A stretch of DNA of 38,084 bases from a virus (Duplodnaviria; Caudoviricetes), in the IMG/VR virus record IMGVR_UViG_3300005259_000012, positions 1-38,084 of that record; one strand, given 5' to 3'. The notes beneath the pieces are model-generated. The model ran no database searches. It saw nothing but the letters and a program-made list of their open reading frames with translations, and was not told where the DNA came from. The position numbers were made by a program, and so were the translations under genes. The first letter of the stretch is position 1; every line of letters starts with the position of its first letter. This document shows positions 26,544-35,978 of the stretch, piece after piece.

Positions 26544-27181
26544 TGCACAATCAACGGCCGCAGAAACTCAATCTCGAGCCCACGCGCCGCCCCTTCGGTT
26601 GCATTCTTTGCCGCCAGTACCATCAAGCGTTCGGCCGCCTGCTTGAACTTTTCCCAGGCTTCCGGACTGTTGCCTTTAATCTGCGACCGCAACGACTGCA
26701 TCATAATCCCGTTTACCTCAATCTCACCAAGCGCTTTAGCAAGCTGCTGCTTAACCTTGGACAATTCTGCGGTAATATCTTCGACGGCGGGAAGTCGTGC
26801 CAAAGCTGAAGTCAGTGACAGTATGTCGGTCTTTAAATCTTCATCGACGTCTTTCGGCTTGGGAAGCTGTTGGATAACCATCTTGGCCAATTCCGCATCA
26901 CTCAGACCGCTGAACACTTGGCCGTCGCGGGATTTCAATTCTTTCAGCAACCCATCGTTGACCAGCTTGGAAATCTTGGTTTCCTGGTCGAAGATTTGCG
27001 CCCTGTCCTTGGCATTCATCTCCTGTGCTTCCGGCTTGCGCTCCAAGTCGTCCCGGATCAGTTGCAGGATATAGGCGTTGCGATTAACTTCACCTTTGCC
27101 CTTAACTGTCTTGCCAAGCTTTTTGTCAACTGCACTCAGCAGATCTTCTTCAATTCGTACCGTAAATGTCTTTGATGCCAT
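26540..27181 (-). CDS. Ribbon-helix-helix + coiled-coil protein in small-terminase position
   Basis: KTFTVRIEEDLLSAVD..NRNAYILQLIRDDL; AGGAGG RBS; overlaps the terL start. Confidence 0.6.
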   Translation of the reverse strand: MASKTFTVRIEEDLLSAVDKKLGKTVKGKGEVNRNAYILQLIRDDLERKPEAQEMNAKDRAQIFDQETKISKLVNDGLLKELKSRDGQVFSGLSDAELAKMVIQQLPKPKDVDEDLKTDILSLTSALARLPAVEDITAELSKVKQQLAKALGEIEVNGIMMQSLRSQIKGNSPEAWEKFKQAAERLMVLAAKNATEGAARGLEIEFLRPLIVQ

Positions 27182-27402
27182 AACACAGCCTCCTGTAATA
27201 CCCCCCATTCTGTGTTACAAAATCAATTTTTGAGGCTAATTTCTGTAGAGCACCCCAACGAGCCCGACGCCCCCGAAGGCCCAGAGCCCCCCGGCACCAC
27301 CCACCCACCCCTGATACTCTGCGGCTCCATCGCCTTACCCGATTGTGACATAGCAACTGCTTCATTATCAATTGCTACACGCTCAATCATACTTAAATGT
27401 GG

Positions 27403-27777
27403 CTAGGATTGTGTCAAAGGTCCAGGCGAAGTCTTGACACAAGCACCACAATGAGCGAAGTGGTCAGGGCTGCAGGAACGTCCGCATAGTTCGCACTTGC
27501 CGGTCACGCGCTCGAGTTCCTCCGCCATTAACGCCCCTTCCTGGGAGAAAGCGGTCAGTCTGTTTGGTCGATATTTGATACCGGCACATGCGCGTGCCAC
27601 CTGGTCATAAGCGTAGTCATAGGCTCTTTGCGGATCTGACGGGCAAAGGCGGTTACAGAGGGCCGTTAAGACCGCTTCCATACGTGGACCCGGGATAGCG
27701 GTTGTGACGGGCTTGTAGCCCGCTGCAGCCATAATTTTGCGGTATGTCTCTTTGATACGTCGTCCTGGGCTTTTCAT
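27403..27777 (-). CDS. Hypothetical protein with C-terminal CxxC..CxxC
   Basis: CELCG..HCGAC; ATGA coupling to the upstream gene. Confidence 0.55.
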   Translation of the reverse strand: MKSPGRRIKETYRKIMAAAGYKPVTTAIPGPRMEAVLTALCNRLCPSDPQRAYDYAYDQVARACAGIKYRPNRLTAFSQEGALMAEELERVTGKCELCGRSCSPDHFAHCGACVKTSPGPLTQS

Positions 27778-28115
27778 GCTTTGTTCCCTTTGTAGTGAAG
27801 AAACTTGCCGGTTACGGGGTGCTTTGAGATTTGGGTGACGTGATTGTATGTGGCGTCAATAGACAGACCGGCATAGTTGGCGAGTGCTTGAAGATCACCA
27901 GAGTTTGCGACGATGACTCTGCCTTTCAGAGCGATGATCCATGCTGCGATGATTTGACCGCGTGCGCTGAAGGCATCTGCGGCTCTGAGTTGCTTAAGCA
28001 GGGCTGACAGGTTTTGGGCATCGACGGGTTGGGTAGGTTTAAGTTTTGTTTTTTGTGTCTTTGGTTCGATCAAATCAAAGATGGCTTCATCGGCACTTAC
28101 TGACGGTTCTAGCAT
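27774..28115 (-). CDS. Putative HTH DNA-binding protein, start MLEPSV
   Basis: AGGAG RBS; LQALANYAGLSIDATYNHV HTH-like segment. Confidence 0.55.
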   Translation of the reverse strand: MLEPSVSADEAIFDLIEPKTQKTKLKPTQPVDAQNLSALLKQLRAADAFSARGQIIAAWIIALKGRVIVANSGDLQALANYAGLSIDATYNHVTQISKHPVTGKFLHYKGNKA

Positions 28116-28168
28116 TTTGACTCCTTTATGATTTTGGATGATAAACTTTTTTACGCGCGATCCCTCTG

Positions 28169-28307
28169 AATCCCCTGTCATAAAAAACCCCCTATATAAG
28201 GGGTTTTTTGACAGAGGGGATTGCAAAAAAGGAAATAAATACTTTTTGACCCTTATTGACCGGCTTGTCAAAAATGTAAATAAATGCTTTTTTGACATAT
28301 TATTGAC
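28169..28307. repeat. Long inverted repeat and TTGAC-containing direct repeats; putative replication origin
   Basis: Imperfect hairpin 28169-28222; AAATAAAT(A/G)CTTTT..TGAC..TTATTGAC at 28233-28260 and 28278-28307; AT-rich; just downstream of the primase-helicase gene. Confidence 0.55.
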
Positions 28308-28350
28308 GCTGTCGTTTTTAATCCTTAAATGATATTGATTTACGACAAAA

Positions 28351-28393
28351 GTAATACTTTGTATTACCTTATATTGACATGCTGAAAAGTCAA
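28351..28393 (-). promoter_or_regulatory. Leftward promoter with overlapping operator
   Basis: TTGACT-16-TAAGGT on minus; palindrome GTAATAC-TTT-GTATTAC (28351-28367) over -10/+1. Confidence 0.5.
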
Positions 28394-28430
28394 TGGTAAA
28401 TGGCAAGAACGCACCTGCGGAATTAAAAAT

Positions 28431-28457
28431 AAAAAAGCTCGGCACTAACCGAGCTTT
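28431..28457 (-). terminator. Intrinsic terminator of the replication operon
   Basis: AAAGCTCGG-TTAGTG-CCGAGC-TTTTTTATTTTT just after the primase stop. Confidence 0.8.
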
Positions 28458-28463
28458 ACTGTT

Positions 28464-30458
28464 TTATATTTTGATGATGTCACCGTCTTTAATGGCGAAT
28501 CCTGTCATCTTGCCGATTCGGTATCGCATTGCCCTTGTTTTTATTTTCTCGTTGAAATAGGTCACAATCGACTCAATGCTGCATGTATTGGTGTTGTTGA
28601 ATCCCAGGCGCAACTCAATAGCCTCTCGAATGTCTTCATCGCTGATTCGTTGCGGCCTGCCTCCTTTATTGCTCCTGGCATCATCTCCAACCGCCTTTGC
28701 TTCGGACAATGATTCATCAATTACCTGGAGCGGATAGCGGAATTTAACGTTGATTGGTTCCGGCGCGGCAAACTCACGCAATGTGAACTCAATGCGATAG
28801 GCATTGCCGTCTGGCGTGTCCAATTCAGTCATGGTCATCACCGCGTCAGGATCACGACCAAATACTCCGGATCCTGATGTACGGTCAATGCTGCGCTTGC
28901 TGCCCTGGGAGCCTTTACTGAAATGGCTGGCAAAAATCACGGCCGTTTTGGTTTCAGTCGCAACATAGTCAAGCTGGTTGCAGAAATACGTCATATCCGC
29001 GGCGCTGTTTTCGTCACCGGTCAGAATCTTATAGAGCGGGTCAATTACGACAGCCAGATAGTTTTTGTTGCGCATTCGACGAACCAGACGCGGCGCCAGC
29101 TCGTTGAGTGGACATGCCTTGCCTCTCAAATTCCAAACGTCGATATTTTCGATCTTGAGTTCCATGCACGTGGCAATATCAATAAATCGGCGTACTGTTG
29201 ATGCTCGGTCAATTTCAAGGTTGACGTAAAGAATCCGGCCTTGCTTGGCCTGCATCCCCAGCCATTCAGCGCCCGATCCGATTGCAAGACAGAGCTGCAT
29301 CAGTCCAAAAGATTTCCCCGCCTTGCTTGGGCCGGAGAACAGCAACTTGTGACCGCAACGCAAAACGCCGGAGATGATTTCTGCGGCCAGCGGCGGCGGA
29401 TCGGCTGCCAGACTGGACAAATCTTCAACGTCCGGCAAATTGTCATCCAGTTCGTCAATTGACTGTTTCCATGCCTCCCAAGATGGTTTGCCGATGTTGG
29501 TGGCCATCAAATATTGTGGGTTTTCCCCGCGTAGAATACCGGGCAAGCGCGATAATCTGGATGGATTACGGTTCTGCCGGTCAATCGTGAACCCGGCTTT
29601 TTTCAATACATTGAACAGGAAATCAACGCGTTTTCTGTATTCCTCAAAGTCTGATCCGGCTTCAATCCGAACAATCGCATGAACGGATTTACCACCACTG
29701 TGAACCATTGCGGCAATCGGCAGTTCGAGCCGGTTATAAATAGCCACCTGCTGCTCGATGGGCAGATTGTCGGATTCGACCAGGCAATACCGATGATCGG
29801 TAACATTAGCATCCTTGATACCCTTGCCGTCCATGGGATTGAAACGAATCCAGCCACCGGCCGGATTCACCTTGTCATAGTATACCGCTTCGGCGCTGTC
29901 TTTGGCGTCAACCATGGCGATCAATTCCGCCGCGGTCTGAGTGTATGCTCCTTGTCCCTGCGGAATCCATTTGTCGGATTCGGGCGGCTGCCATGACTTG
30001 ACGTTGTATGATACAATTTCGTCGGGACGGAACAGCGCACGGAGATAACGCGCTAAATCTTTCTGCCAGTTCTCGCCTGGTGCGGGAATTTCTGCATCTT
30101 CAGTCCATTCCACTTTAGGCACAGGGCCAATCTCATCTTCCCAGGACAAAGCATGTACGGGGCCGCTGTGATTGCCGCCGCGTTTGATTTCGACGTGGCC
30201 GCCGTCCTCCTTGACCATTGACAAGAGCGTCCCCAGGCTGACATTGGCGCTGCTGTCGCCTTTGAATGAGTTCCACTTGCGGTCGCAAACACTGGACTTA
30301 TACTTGTTGCTGCCGCGACTCCAGCTATCCCAATCCTGGACGGTGCAGCCGACGTGACGCAGGATCATGCCAACCAGCAGCCAATCATCATAATCGTTGC
30401 AGCGCTTGCTGTTTAGCTGTGGCAATGCTTGTAGCGCAATTTCGCGGTCTGTCATCAT
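28464..30458 (-). CDS. Primase-helicase (PriCT-2 + prim-pol + RepA/AAA_25)
   Basis: YDDWLLVGM..WDSWS..KY..KWNSF; LVESD; HSGGKSVH; Walker A GPSKAGKS; VVIDP; SGSGVF..D. Confidence 0.9.
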   Translation of the reverse strand: MMTDREIALQALPQLNSKRCNDYDDWLLVGMILRHVGCTVQDWDSWSRGSNKYKSSVCDRKWNSFKGDSSANVSLGTLLSMVKEDGGHVEIKRGGNHSGPVHALSWEDEIGPVPKVEWTEDAEIPAPGENWQKDLARYLRALFRPDEIVSYNVKSWQPPESDKWIPQGQGAYTQTAAELIAMVDAKDSAEAVYYDKVNPAGGWIRFNPMDGKGIKDANVTDHRYCLVESDNLPIEQQVAIYNRLELPIAAMVHSGGKSVHAIVRIEAGSDFEEYRKRVDFLFNVLKKAGFTIDRQNRNPSRLSRLPGILRGENPQYLMATNIGKPSWEAWKQSIDELDDNLPDVEDLSSLAADPPPLAAEIISGVLRCGHKLLFSGPSKAGKSFGLMQLCLAIGSGAEWLGMQAKQGRILYVNLEIDRASTVRRFIDIATCMELKIENIDVWNLRGKACPLNELAPRLVRRMRNKNYLAVVIDPLYKILTGDENSAADMTYFCNQLDYVATETKTAVIFASHFSKGSQGSKRSIDRTSGSGVFGRDPDAVMTMTELDTPDGNAYRIEFTLREFAAPEPINVKFRYPLQVIDESLSEAKAVGDDARSNKGGRPQRISDEDIREAIELRLGFNNTNTCSIESIVTYFNEKIKTRAMRYRIGKMTGFAIKDGDIIKI

Positions 30459-30652
30459 TTTGATTTTACCTTTACTGAGTAGTCTTTGCCTTTTGCCATA
30501 TCAATGCCTATTATGGGCTTGTTTTTAAGTATTGGGCAGTTTTCTTCGCTACATTTATCAACGGATGCAAGCCAGCACACATCACTGCATCCGCCAGCAA
30601 GATACTTGCAAATACTTTTTACCTGTTGAAATTTGAATAGGTAACCGGTCAT
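30455..30652 (-). CDS. Small Cys-rich hypothetical protein
   Basis: ATGA overlaps on both sides. Confidence 0.5.
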   Translation of the reverse strand: MTGYLFKFQQVKSICKYLAGGCSDVCWLASVDKCSEENCPILKNKPIIGIDMAKGKDYSVKVKSK

Positions 30653-31038
30653 GCGTTTACCTCGATTACATTTTTAATGGTTTCTTTGATCGGTATTCCG
30701 GTGTTGGGCACGACCTGTACACAGCGATCATCCCACAATTCAATCATGGCATAATCCTTGATACAGGTGATCGGCAAGGCGCGGCCGAAATGTTTTCTGC
30801 ACCATTCGTTAATGGCTACAACAACAATCCCAAGGTTTTCCGCGCCTTGCTGCGGACAAACTCGCGCGGTAAAAATCCGCACGTCTTTGCCGTCGGCCAG
30901 CCATTGTTTTACGCGTTCCAGCATTGCCGGAATAGGCTCTCCGATATGACGATGCCCCTGCCAGCCGTGATATTCAGCCAGGGTTCCGTCAAGATCGACG
31001 CCGATCCAGCCGGTTCCAACGGTGTCAACTTTATTCAT
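30649..31038 (-). CDS. HAD-family phosphatase (PNKP-like)
   Basis: IGVDLDGTLA, IFTAR, LWDDR motifs. Confidence 0.85.
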   Translation of the reverse strand: MNKVDTVGTGWIGVDLDGTLAEYHGWQGHRHIGEPIPAMLERVKQWLADGKDVRIFTARVCPQQGAENLGIVVVAINEWCRKHFGRALPITCIKDYAMIELWDDRCVQVVPNTGIPIKETIKNVIEVNA

Positions 31039-31069
31039 TTCTGTAAAACCTTTTGCCTTTGTGCGATAT

Positions 31070-31357
31070 TTACTTATATACAATGTTTGCGGATACTACA
31101 TACAGAGTGTCGGTTGTATCATGATAGGCATGACGCAGCCATATTTGATAAAATTCAACAAGAAAAACTAACGTTTCGACCCTAATTTCCTTTATTGTTG
31201 CCACATCTGCATCCCATGACTCAATTACATGAATCGTGCGAGGATTATAGAGAATCTTTTCAATTTTTGTTTTGGAATTGATTGGTGGATAAAATTTCTT
31301 GATTTTGGGCAGCATGACATATGGAAAAAATCGTGTCTGCCATTCTGCAAATTCCAT
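31070..31357 (-). CDS. Hypothetical protein (low GC)
   Basis: ORF packed between neighbours. Confidence 0.4.
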   Translation of the reverse strand: MEFAEWQTRFFPYVMLPKIKKFYPPINSKTKIEKILYNPRTIHVIESWDADVATIKEIRVETLVFLVEFYQIWLRHAYHDTTDTLYVVSANIVYK

Positions 31358-31359
31358 AC

Positions 31360-31710
31360 TTATTTCCCTTTCACTCCATTCAATTTAAGCCATAGTGTTA
31401 GCGCGGCGGTGGCGGGGTTTTTGTGTGCAATTCGAGTTGCTTTTATATCATCATATCCAGCTATGAATGTGCGAGAATCAACATCGAGCCACACTCCAGG
31501 ACGTAGATTGCTGCTATGTTCTGATATTAATGGTAATACCATCAATATCTCCGCCAGCGTCGGCGCGGGAATAATTTTACCTTTTGCCGGTCCGACGACT
31601 CGCCAGCACAGCGAGCCAGAGTAATAAGCCAGCGCACTATCCGCAAAACTCTCCTTCGGGATCAGTTTGCACAGTTCCAAGGAAGGGACAAGAGATTCTA
31701 AGGTGCTCAT
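31360..31710 (-). CDS. Phage hypothetical protein
   Basis: VPSLELCK..PAPTLAEIL..LP pattern; GAGGA RBS. Confidence 0.6.
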   Translation of the reverse strand: MSTLESLVPSLELCKLIPKESFADSALAYYSGSLCWRVVGPAKGKIIPAPTLAEILMVLPLISEHSSNLRPGVWLDVDSRTFIAGYDDIKATRIAHKNPATAALTLWLKLNGVKGK

Positions 31711-31717
31711 TATATCC

Positions 31718-32911
31718 TCACGCGGTTAAACACTCTGTTTGTGCATCTTCGACAACCGGCAGCATCTTCCACGCTTGCAATCTGGACATGATCAGCGCTT
31801 CAGCCAGCGCGGGACAGACGGCATTACCGATCTGCTTCACCTGGTCGGCACTGGTTCCGGCAAATTGGTAGGATGGCGGAAAACTCATTGCGGCGGCCAG
31901 CTCATGCGGTTTCAACATGCGAAAACGGATATCGAGGTAATACAGATCGCCTTCGACAACCGCAAACCGATCCTTGCAAGTCACTGTGCCAAGCGGGTTG
32001 TTAATGTCATGTGCTTCTTTTTCATTGCCGTAAAACTTCACGATAAACGGTTCTACGAGCGAGTGACCGTTAACGGTGGTAATGGTCGGCAACGGCTGAT
32101 TGATATCGCGGCACTTTGACTGACCGCGCATCATTACCAGAAACGGTTCCGCCCATGGTCCCCAGTACTTTTTTATCCCGGCCTCAATCCGCTTGATGGT
32201 CTTTTCCGCCAGCGGTTTTTTCCGGTCGAAAATACTTTTGCCGTGGATTGTCCAGTCGATAATCGTCTTGGCTGCTACATAAGGTTGCTGACCAAATAGA
32301 TTATCAGGGCTGGCACAATGGGTCGGCTCCGGCCATGCAATCTTGCTTTTGCCGCGTACCGCCTGAATGATCAACCGCCGTCTGGAAGTTGCCGCGCCAT
32401 AATCGGCGGCGTTCATGATCTGCCAGTCTACTTTATAGCCCATTCCCTCAAACGCTGAGATGTATGCCCGGAACGTCTTTCCTTTTTTCGACGGGATCGG
32501 ATGCCCCTTGGTATCCAACGGTCCCCAGTCCAAAAACTCTTTGACGTTTTCGATGTAGATGCAGTCTATATAGAGCTCCTGAGCCCACTTTAATACATCC
32601 CATGCGGTGGCGCGGCTCTGTTCATCCTTTGGCCGTCCGCCCTTGGCTTGACTGTGGTTGGTACATTCCGGTGACGCCCACAGTACATGCAGCCGTCCGC
32701 CCGGCACCAGTTCGCGCGGTTTAATGTTTTCGACTGAAGCACAGACGGTTTTTGATTGCGGATGGTTGATTTTATTGGTATCGATAGCTTTCTGCCAGTG
32801 ATTTACGGCAACCAGCTTATAATCGATTCCGTGCTGCTCAAATGCCTTAATCATGCCGGTGGACGTTCCCCCTCCGCCGCAAAACAAATCCGCTACGTAG
32901 ATGGTTTTCAT
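31718..32911 (-). CDS. C5 cytosine DNA methyltransferase (orphan)
   Basis: DLFCGGGG, SPECT, IENV, RRRL, QIGNAV. Confidence 0.93.
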   Translation of the reverse strand: MKTIYVADLFCGGGGTSTGMIKAFEQHGIDYKLVAVNHWQKAIDTNKINHPQSKTVCASVENIKPRELVPGGRLHVLWASPECTNHSQAKGGRPKDEQSRATAWDVLKWAQELYIDCIYIENVKEFLDWGPLDTKGHPIPSKKGKTFRAYISAFEGMGYKVDWQIMNAADYGAATSRRRLIIQAVRGKSKIAWPEPTHCASPDNLFGQQPYVAAKTIIDWTIHGKSIFDRKKPLAEKTIKRIEAGIKKYWGPWAEPFLVMMRGQSKCRDINQPLPTITTVNGHSLVEPFIVKFYGNEKEAHDINNPLGTVTCKDRFAVVEGDLYYLDIRFRMLKPHELAAAMSFPPSYQFAGTSADQVKQIGNAVCPALAEALIMSRLQAWKMLPVVEDAQTECLTA

Positions 32912-33210
32912 TCTGCGTTCTCCGCCTTGGCAATGAGTTCCCCTGCCTTTTTTAGCAGTTCTTCATAGTCATCCACGGGGAACGGATCGGAATGAAACGT
33001 TGTGATCCGTTTCAGTAAGTCCAGCAGTTCGGGAGCTGCGGCAATAAGATTGCCATTGGCGTTAGTTTGTTCGTGGTCAAAATTTCCTTTCAGAAAAACC
33101 TCGGCTATGGCATTGGGCTTATCTTCGTCACCAGTAAATACAAAACTTGGTTCCATCACTCCTGCGTGAAACTTCCATTGTCCCGGTGTATGCTTGAGTT
33201 TATCTTCCAT
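32908..33210 (-). CDS. Phage hypothetical protein
   Basis: KHTPGQW..NANGNLIAAAPELL pattern common in phage early genes. Confidence 0.7.
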   Translation of the reverse strand: MEDKLKHTPGQWKFHAGVMEPSFVFTGDEDKPNAIAEVFLKGNFDHEQTNANGNLIAAAPELLDLLKRITTFHSDPFPVDDYEELLKKAGELIAKAENAE

Positions 33211-33237
33211 CGCTATTTCCTGTTGTTAAAATTAGGT

Positions 33238-33340
33238 GTTGCAGAGAAATCCAATGGCACGTCGCTGCAACTCGACGCTGAAGGATAGCCAGAATGATTA
33301 TCATGCAATTTTCCCGTCATTCTGGCAACGGTTGGACTTC
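33238..33340 (-). ncRNA. Candidate structured intergenic RNA (three-way junction with possible pseudoknot)
   Basis: GAAGTCCAA/TTGGATTTC closing stem; GCCAGAATGA/TCATTCTGGC; CGTCG/CGACG with loop AGTTGCAG complementary to downstream CTGCAAC. Confidence 0.5.
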
Positions 33341-33362
33341 ACGCCGGTGATGTTTCGCGGGA

Positions 33363-33818
33363 TTAATTAACTTGTGATGCCGTAAATCTTGCCAGGTGAA
33401 CGGCGTCGGCTTCATTGTCATCAATGGGATCACGTTTGAGGATCTCTTTTGCTTTGACGATCATTTCCGCCTTGTCTGCGTTGCCTTTGCCCGTCGCGTG
33501 TTTTTTGATTTCGGTTGTGTGCGCAGGCAACAGTTCAACGTTGTTATCTGCGGCAATTTCCTGTACCCTGGTCTGCAATCCGACACAAAGCTCTGTGGCG
33601 GCCCCGCCTCGAAAATGCGCACGTTCATACGCAACAACCTTGACCTTGGACTGAACAATCAAGTCGGACAGCCATTTTCTGAACTTTAAAAACAGTATGC
33701 CGTTACTTTCGCCTCGGCGCTTGGTGAAGTCCTGGACTCCGCTTTCAATGATTTCTCCGTTGTTATCGCAGATTGCCCACCCTGTTTTAGTAGCGCAATC
33801 AAGAGCTAAGATTTTCAT
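33363..33818 (-). CDS. RuvC-like Holliday junction resolvase
   Basis: ILALDCATKTGWA, VAYE, IKKHATGKGNADK, DNEADA. Confidence 0.88.
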   Translation of the reverse strand: MKILALDCATKTGWAICDNNGEIIESGVQDFTKRRGESNGILFLKFRKWLSDLIVQSKVKVVAYERAHFRGGAATELCVGLQTRVQEIAADNNVELLPAHTTEIKKHATGKGNADKAEMIVKAKEILKRDPIDDNEADAVHLARFTASQVN

Positions 33819-33827
33819 ATCACACCT

Positions 33828-35405
33828 TTAAAAGTTATATTCCGGTTCTGCCGGTCTGCGCCAGCCATTCGCCGCAATCGCGTCGATTGCCGACTTGGCT
33901 TCCGCAAACGACATAGTTGCCGCGTCGTCATACCCGTAGCGGTACAACAAGGCGCACTGTTTCGGACTGGCAAGATCCATCTTTGACCGCGTGAAAATCC
34001 TGTCCATCAATTTCGATGCAAACCCCTTGTTCGGTATCTGTTCCGGCGCAAAACCCATTTTGGATAGCGTTTCAACCTGTTTATCTGTTGGCGGCATACA
34101 TTCCCAGGGCATTACCGGTTCATAATCCTGCAAGTCGTCGGCATTGATGGTCAGTGCAAAGGTCAATGGATCAAGTGTCCGTCCTTTTTTCTTGCGTTGC
34201 TCGGCCAGTTTTGTAGCCAGCGCTTCTTCTCGCTGGCGTTTGGCATCTTCATTGACCTCTTTTTCCACGTCATCAAGATCAAGCGCACCTTGTGCTGCTT
34301 CGATTTTCTTAGTCATGGCTTCAGCCGCGGCCTGATCCTTGGCAACCAAATGCGCCGGATGAATCAGGTCGTGTTGTGCCGTATGCCACAGGAAATCGAG
34401 TACCAGACAATTATCCTTGCCGGGTGCAATGCGGGTGCCGCGTCCAACAATCTGCGCGTATAGCGCCCGCACTTTGGTCGGACGCAGGCAGACGATGCAG
34501 TCTACGTCAGGTTCGTCAAACCCCTCGGTCAACAGCATCGAGTTACACAGAACGTTGTAGCGATTATTGTGGAAATCTGCCAAAATCTCTTTGCGATCCT
34601 GACTATCACCATCAATGTGACACGCCCTGAACCCATGTTGATTAAGCAAGTCAGCCATCGCCTTACTGGTGGCAACCAGCGGTAAGAACACAATGATTTT
34701 GCGCTTGGGCACTCTGGCTGCCATTTCGGCCGCAATTGCGCCCAGGTATGGAGCCAGTGCATTACCCAGGTCATCCGCAGAGTAATCCCCGGCAACCTTT
34801 CGGACGCCGGTCAAGTCGATTTGCAACGGAATGGTTTCCGCAGCGATCCGGCTTAAATACCCTTCGGCAATGGCCTGATGTAGCGGATACTCAAAGGCAA
34901 TATCTTCGAAATACTCGCCCAGGTTGCGCTTGTCGCCGCGATCCGGCGTCGCCGTTACGCCCAATACTTTTGCCCGTTCAAACCATTGCAAGACGGCTTG
35001 GTAACTGTCACTGAGCGCATGATGCGCTTCGTCCACGATGATGTACTGAAAAAATTCCTTGTCGAATTTGTCCAGTCGGGATTGACGCATCATGGTCTGT
35101 ACGCTGCCTACCGTAATCAGGTTGTTTTGCGCGAACAGATTGCCGATACAGGTGCTATCAGCTTTTTCCAGATTGGCAATCTGTCCCGTTGACCTGTATA
35201 GCTTGTCTCTCGCCTGATCGAGCAGTTCTTCCCGATGGGCAAGGATCAGCGTCCGCTTGCCGGTTTCGGCACATTGTGCTGCCAGCTTGGAAAAGACGAT
35301 GGTTTTACCGCAGCCGGTCGGCAACACCAACAACAACTTGCGGAATTGCTTCCACTTGTCGCTGACGGCGTTGATCGACTCGGTTTGGTACGGCCTTAGT
35401 TCCAT
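33828..35405 (-). CDS. SF2 DEAH-type helicase
   Basis: LRPYQ, PTGCGKT, DEAHH, TATP, LTEGFD, QIVGRGTR. Confidence 0.93.
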   Translation of the reverse strand: MELRPYQTESINAVSDKWKQFRKLLLVLPTGCGKTIVFSKLAAQCAETGKRTLILAHREELLDQARDKLYRSTGQIANLEKADSTCIGNLFAQNNLITVGSVQTMMRQSRLDKFDKEFFQYIIVDEAHHALSDSYQAVLQWFERAKVLGVTATPDRGDKRNLGEYFEDIAFEYPLHQAIAEGYLSRIAAETIPLQIDLTGVRKVAGDYSADDLGNALAPYLGAIAAEMAARVPKRKIIVFLPLVATSKAMADLLNQHGFRACHIDGDSQDRKEILADFHNNRYNVLCNSMLLTEGFDEPDVDCIVCLRPTKVRALYAQIVGRGTRIAPGKDNCLVLDFLWHTAQHDLIHPAHLVAKDQAAAEAMTKKIEAAQGALDLDDVEKEVNEDAKRQREEALATKLAEQRKKKGRTLDPLTFALTINADDLQDYEPVMPWECMPPTDKQVETLSKMGFAPEQIPNKGFASKLMDRIFTRSKMDLASPKQCALLYRYGYDDAATMSFAEAKSAIDAIAANGWRRPAEPEYNF

Positions 35406-35408
35406 GGC

Positions 35409-35885
35409 TCAGAACTCGGGGTTAATGGTGGCGTTGTCAATGGCTTCGGCCAACGATAACTGGCGGCGCTTGAGTACTTTTTTGGTGCCCTGTTCGATAA
35501 CCGGTGCAAATCGCTTGGCGAATTCTGCCTTGGCTTCTTCTTTAGTGCAGCCGAATTGCAGCACAATTTTTTCAACAAAGGCTTTTTCCAGCGCCGAAAC
35601 CTTGAGCTCGGTACAATTCTTAATATCCTGCGCTGCCATGACTTGACCGGCGATCAATTCGGCCTGGCTTGGATCGGTGAATTTTCGGTCGCCGTTTTGC
35701 GTTTCAAAAAAATAATCGCCGCAGGCGTTCTGAGAGGTGATGATGCCCTTGATCTTCTTTTCCAGCGCGTCGCCGATCTCCTTGAGATTTTTCCACTGGT
35801 CATAAAGATTGGAAAGAATAACCGGATCGTTGATTTCAGCCAGTTTTTCCAGACCGGTTTCAATTTTTGCTAATGCCATGGTCAT
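35409..35885 (-). CDS. Hypothetical phage protein
   Basis: AAGGA RBS; helical; in recombination cluster. Confidence 0.65.
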   Translation of the reverse strand: MTMALAKIETGLEKLAEINDPVILSNLYDQWKNLKEIGDALEKKIKGIITSQNACGDYFFETQNGDRKFTDPSQAELIAGQVMAAQDIKNCTELKVSALEKAFVEKIVLQFGCTKEEAKAEFAKRFAPVIEQGTKKVLKRRQLSLAEAIDNATINPEF

Positions 35886-35978
35886 GATAATTGATTCCTT
35901 GAGGTTGATAAATGCGCCGATTTGTCCAGGCGGGTCGGCGCAACCCTATGTAGTTTCCTCTACCGCTGGCAGGGAAAG

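Noticed and set aside
28116-28445. N-terminal extension of ORF 27774..28445
   Set aside because: Runs through the hairpin, repeats and terminator; the RBS supports a start at 28115.
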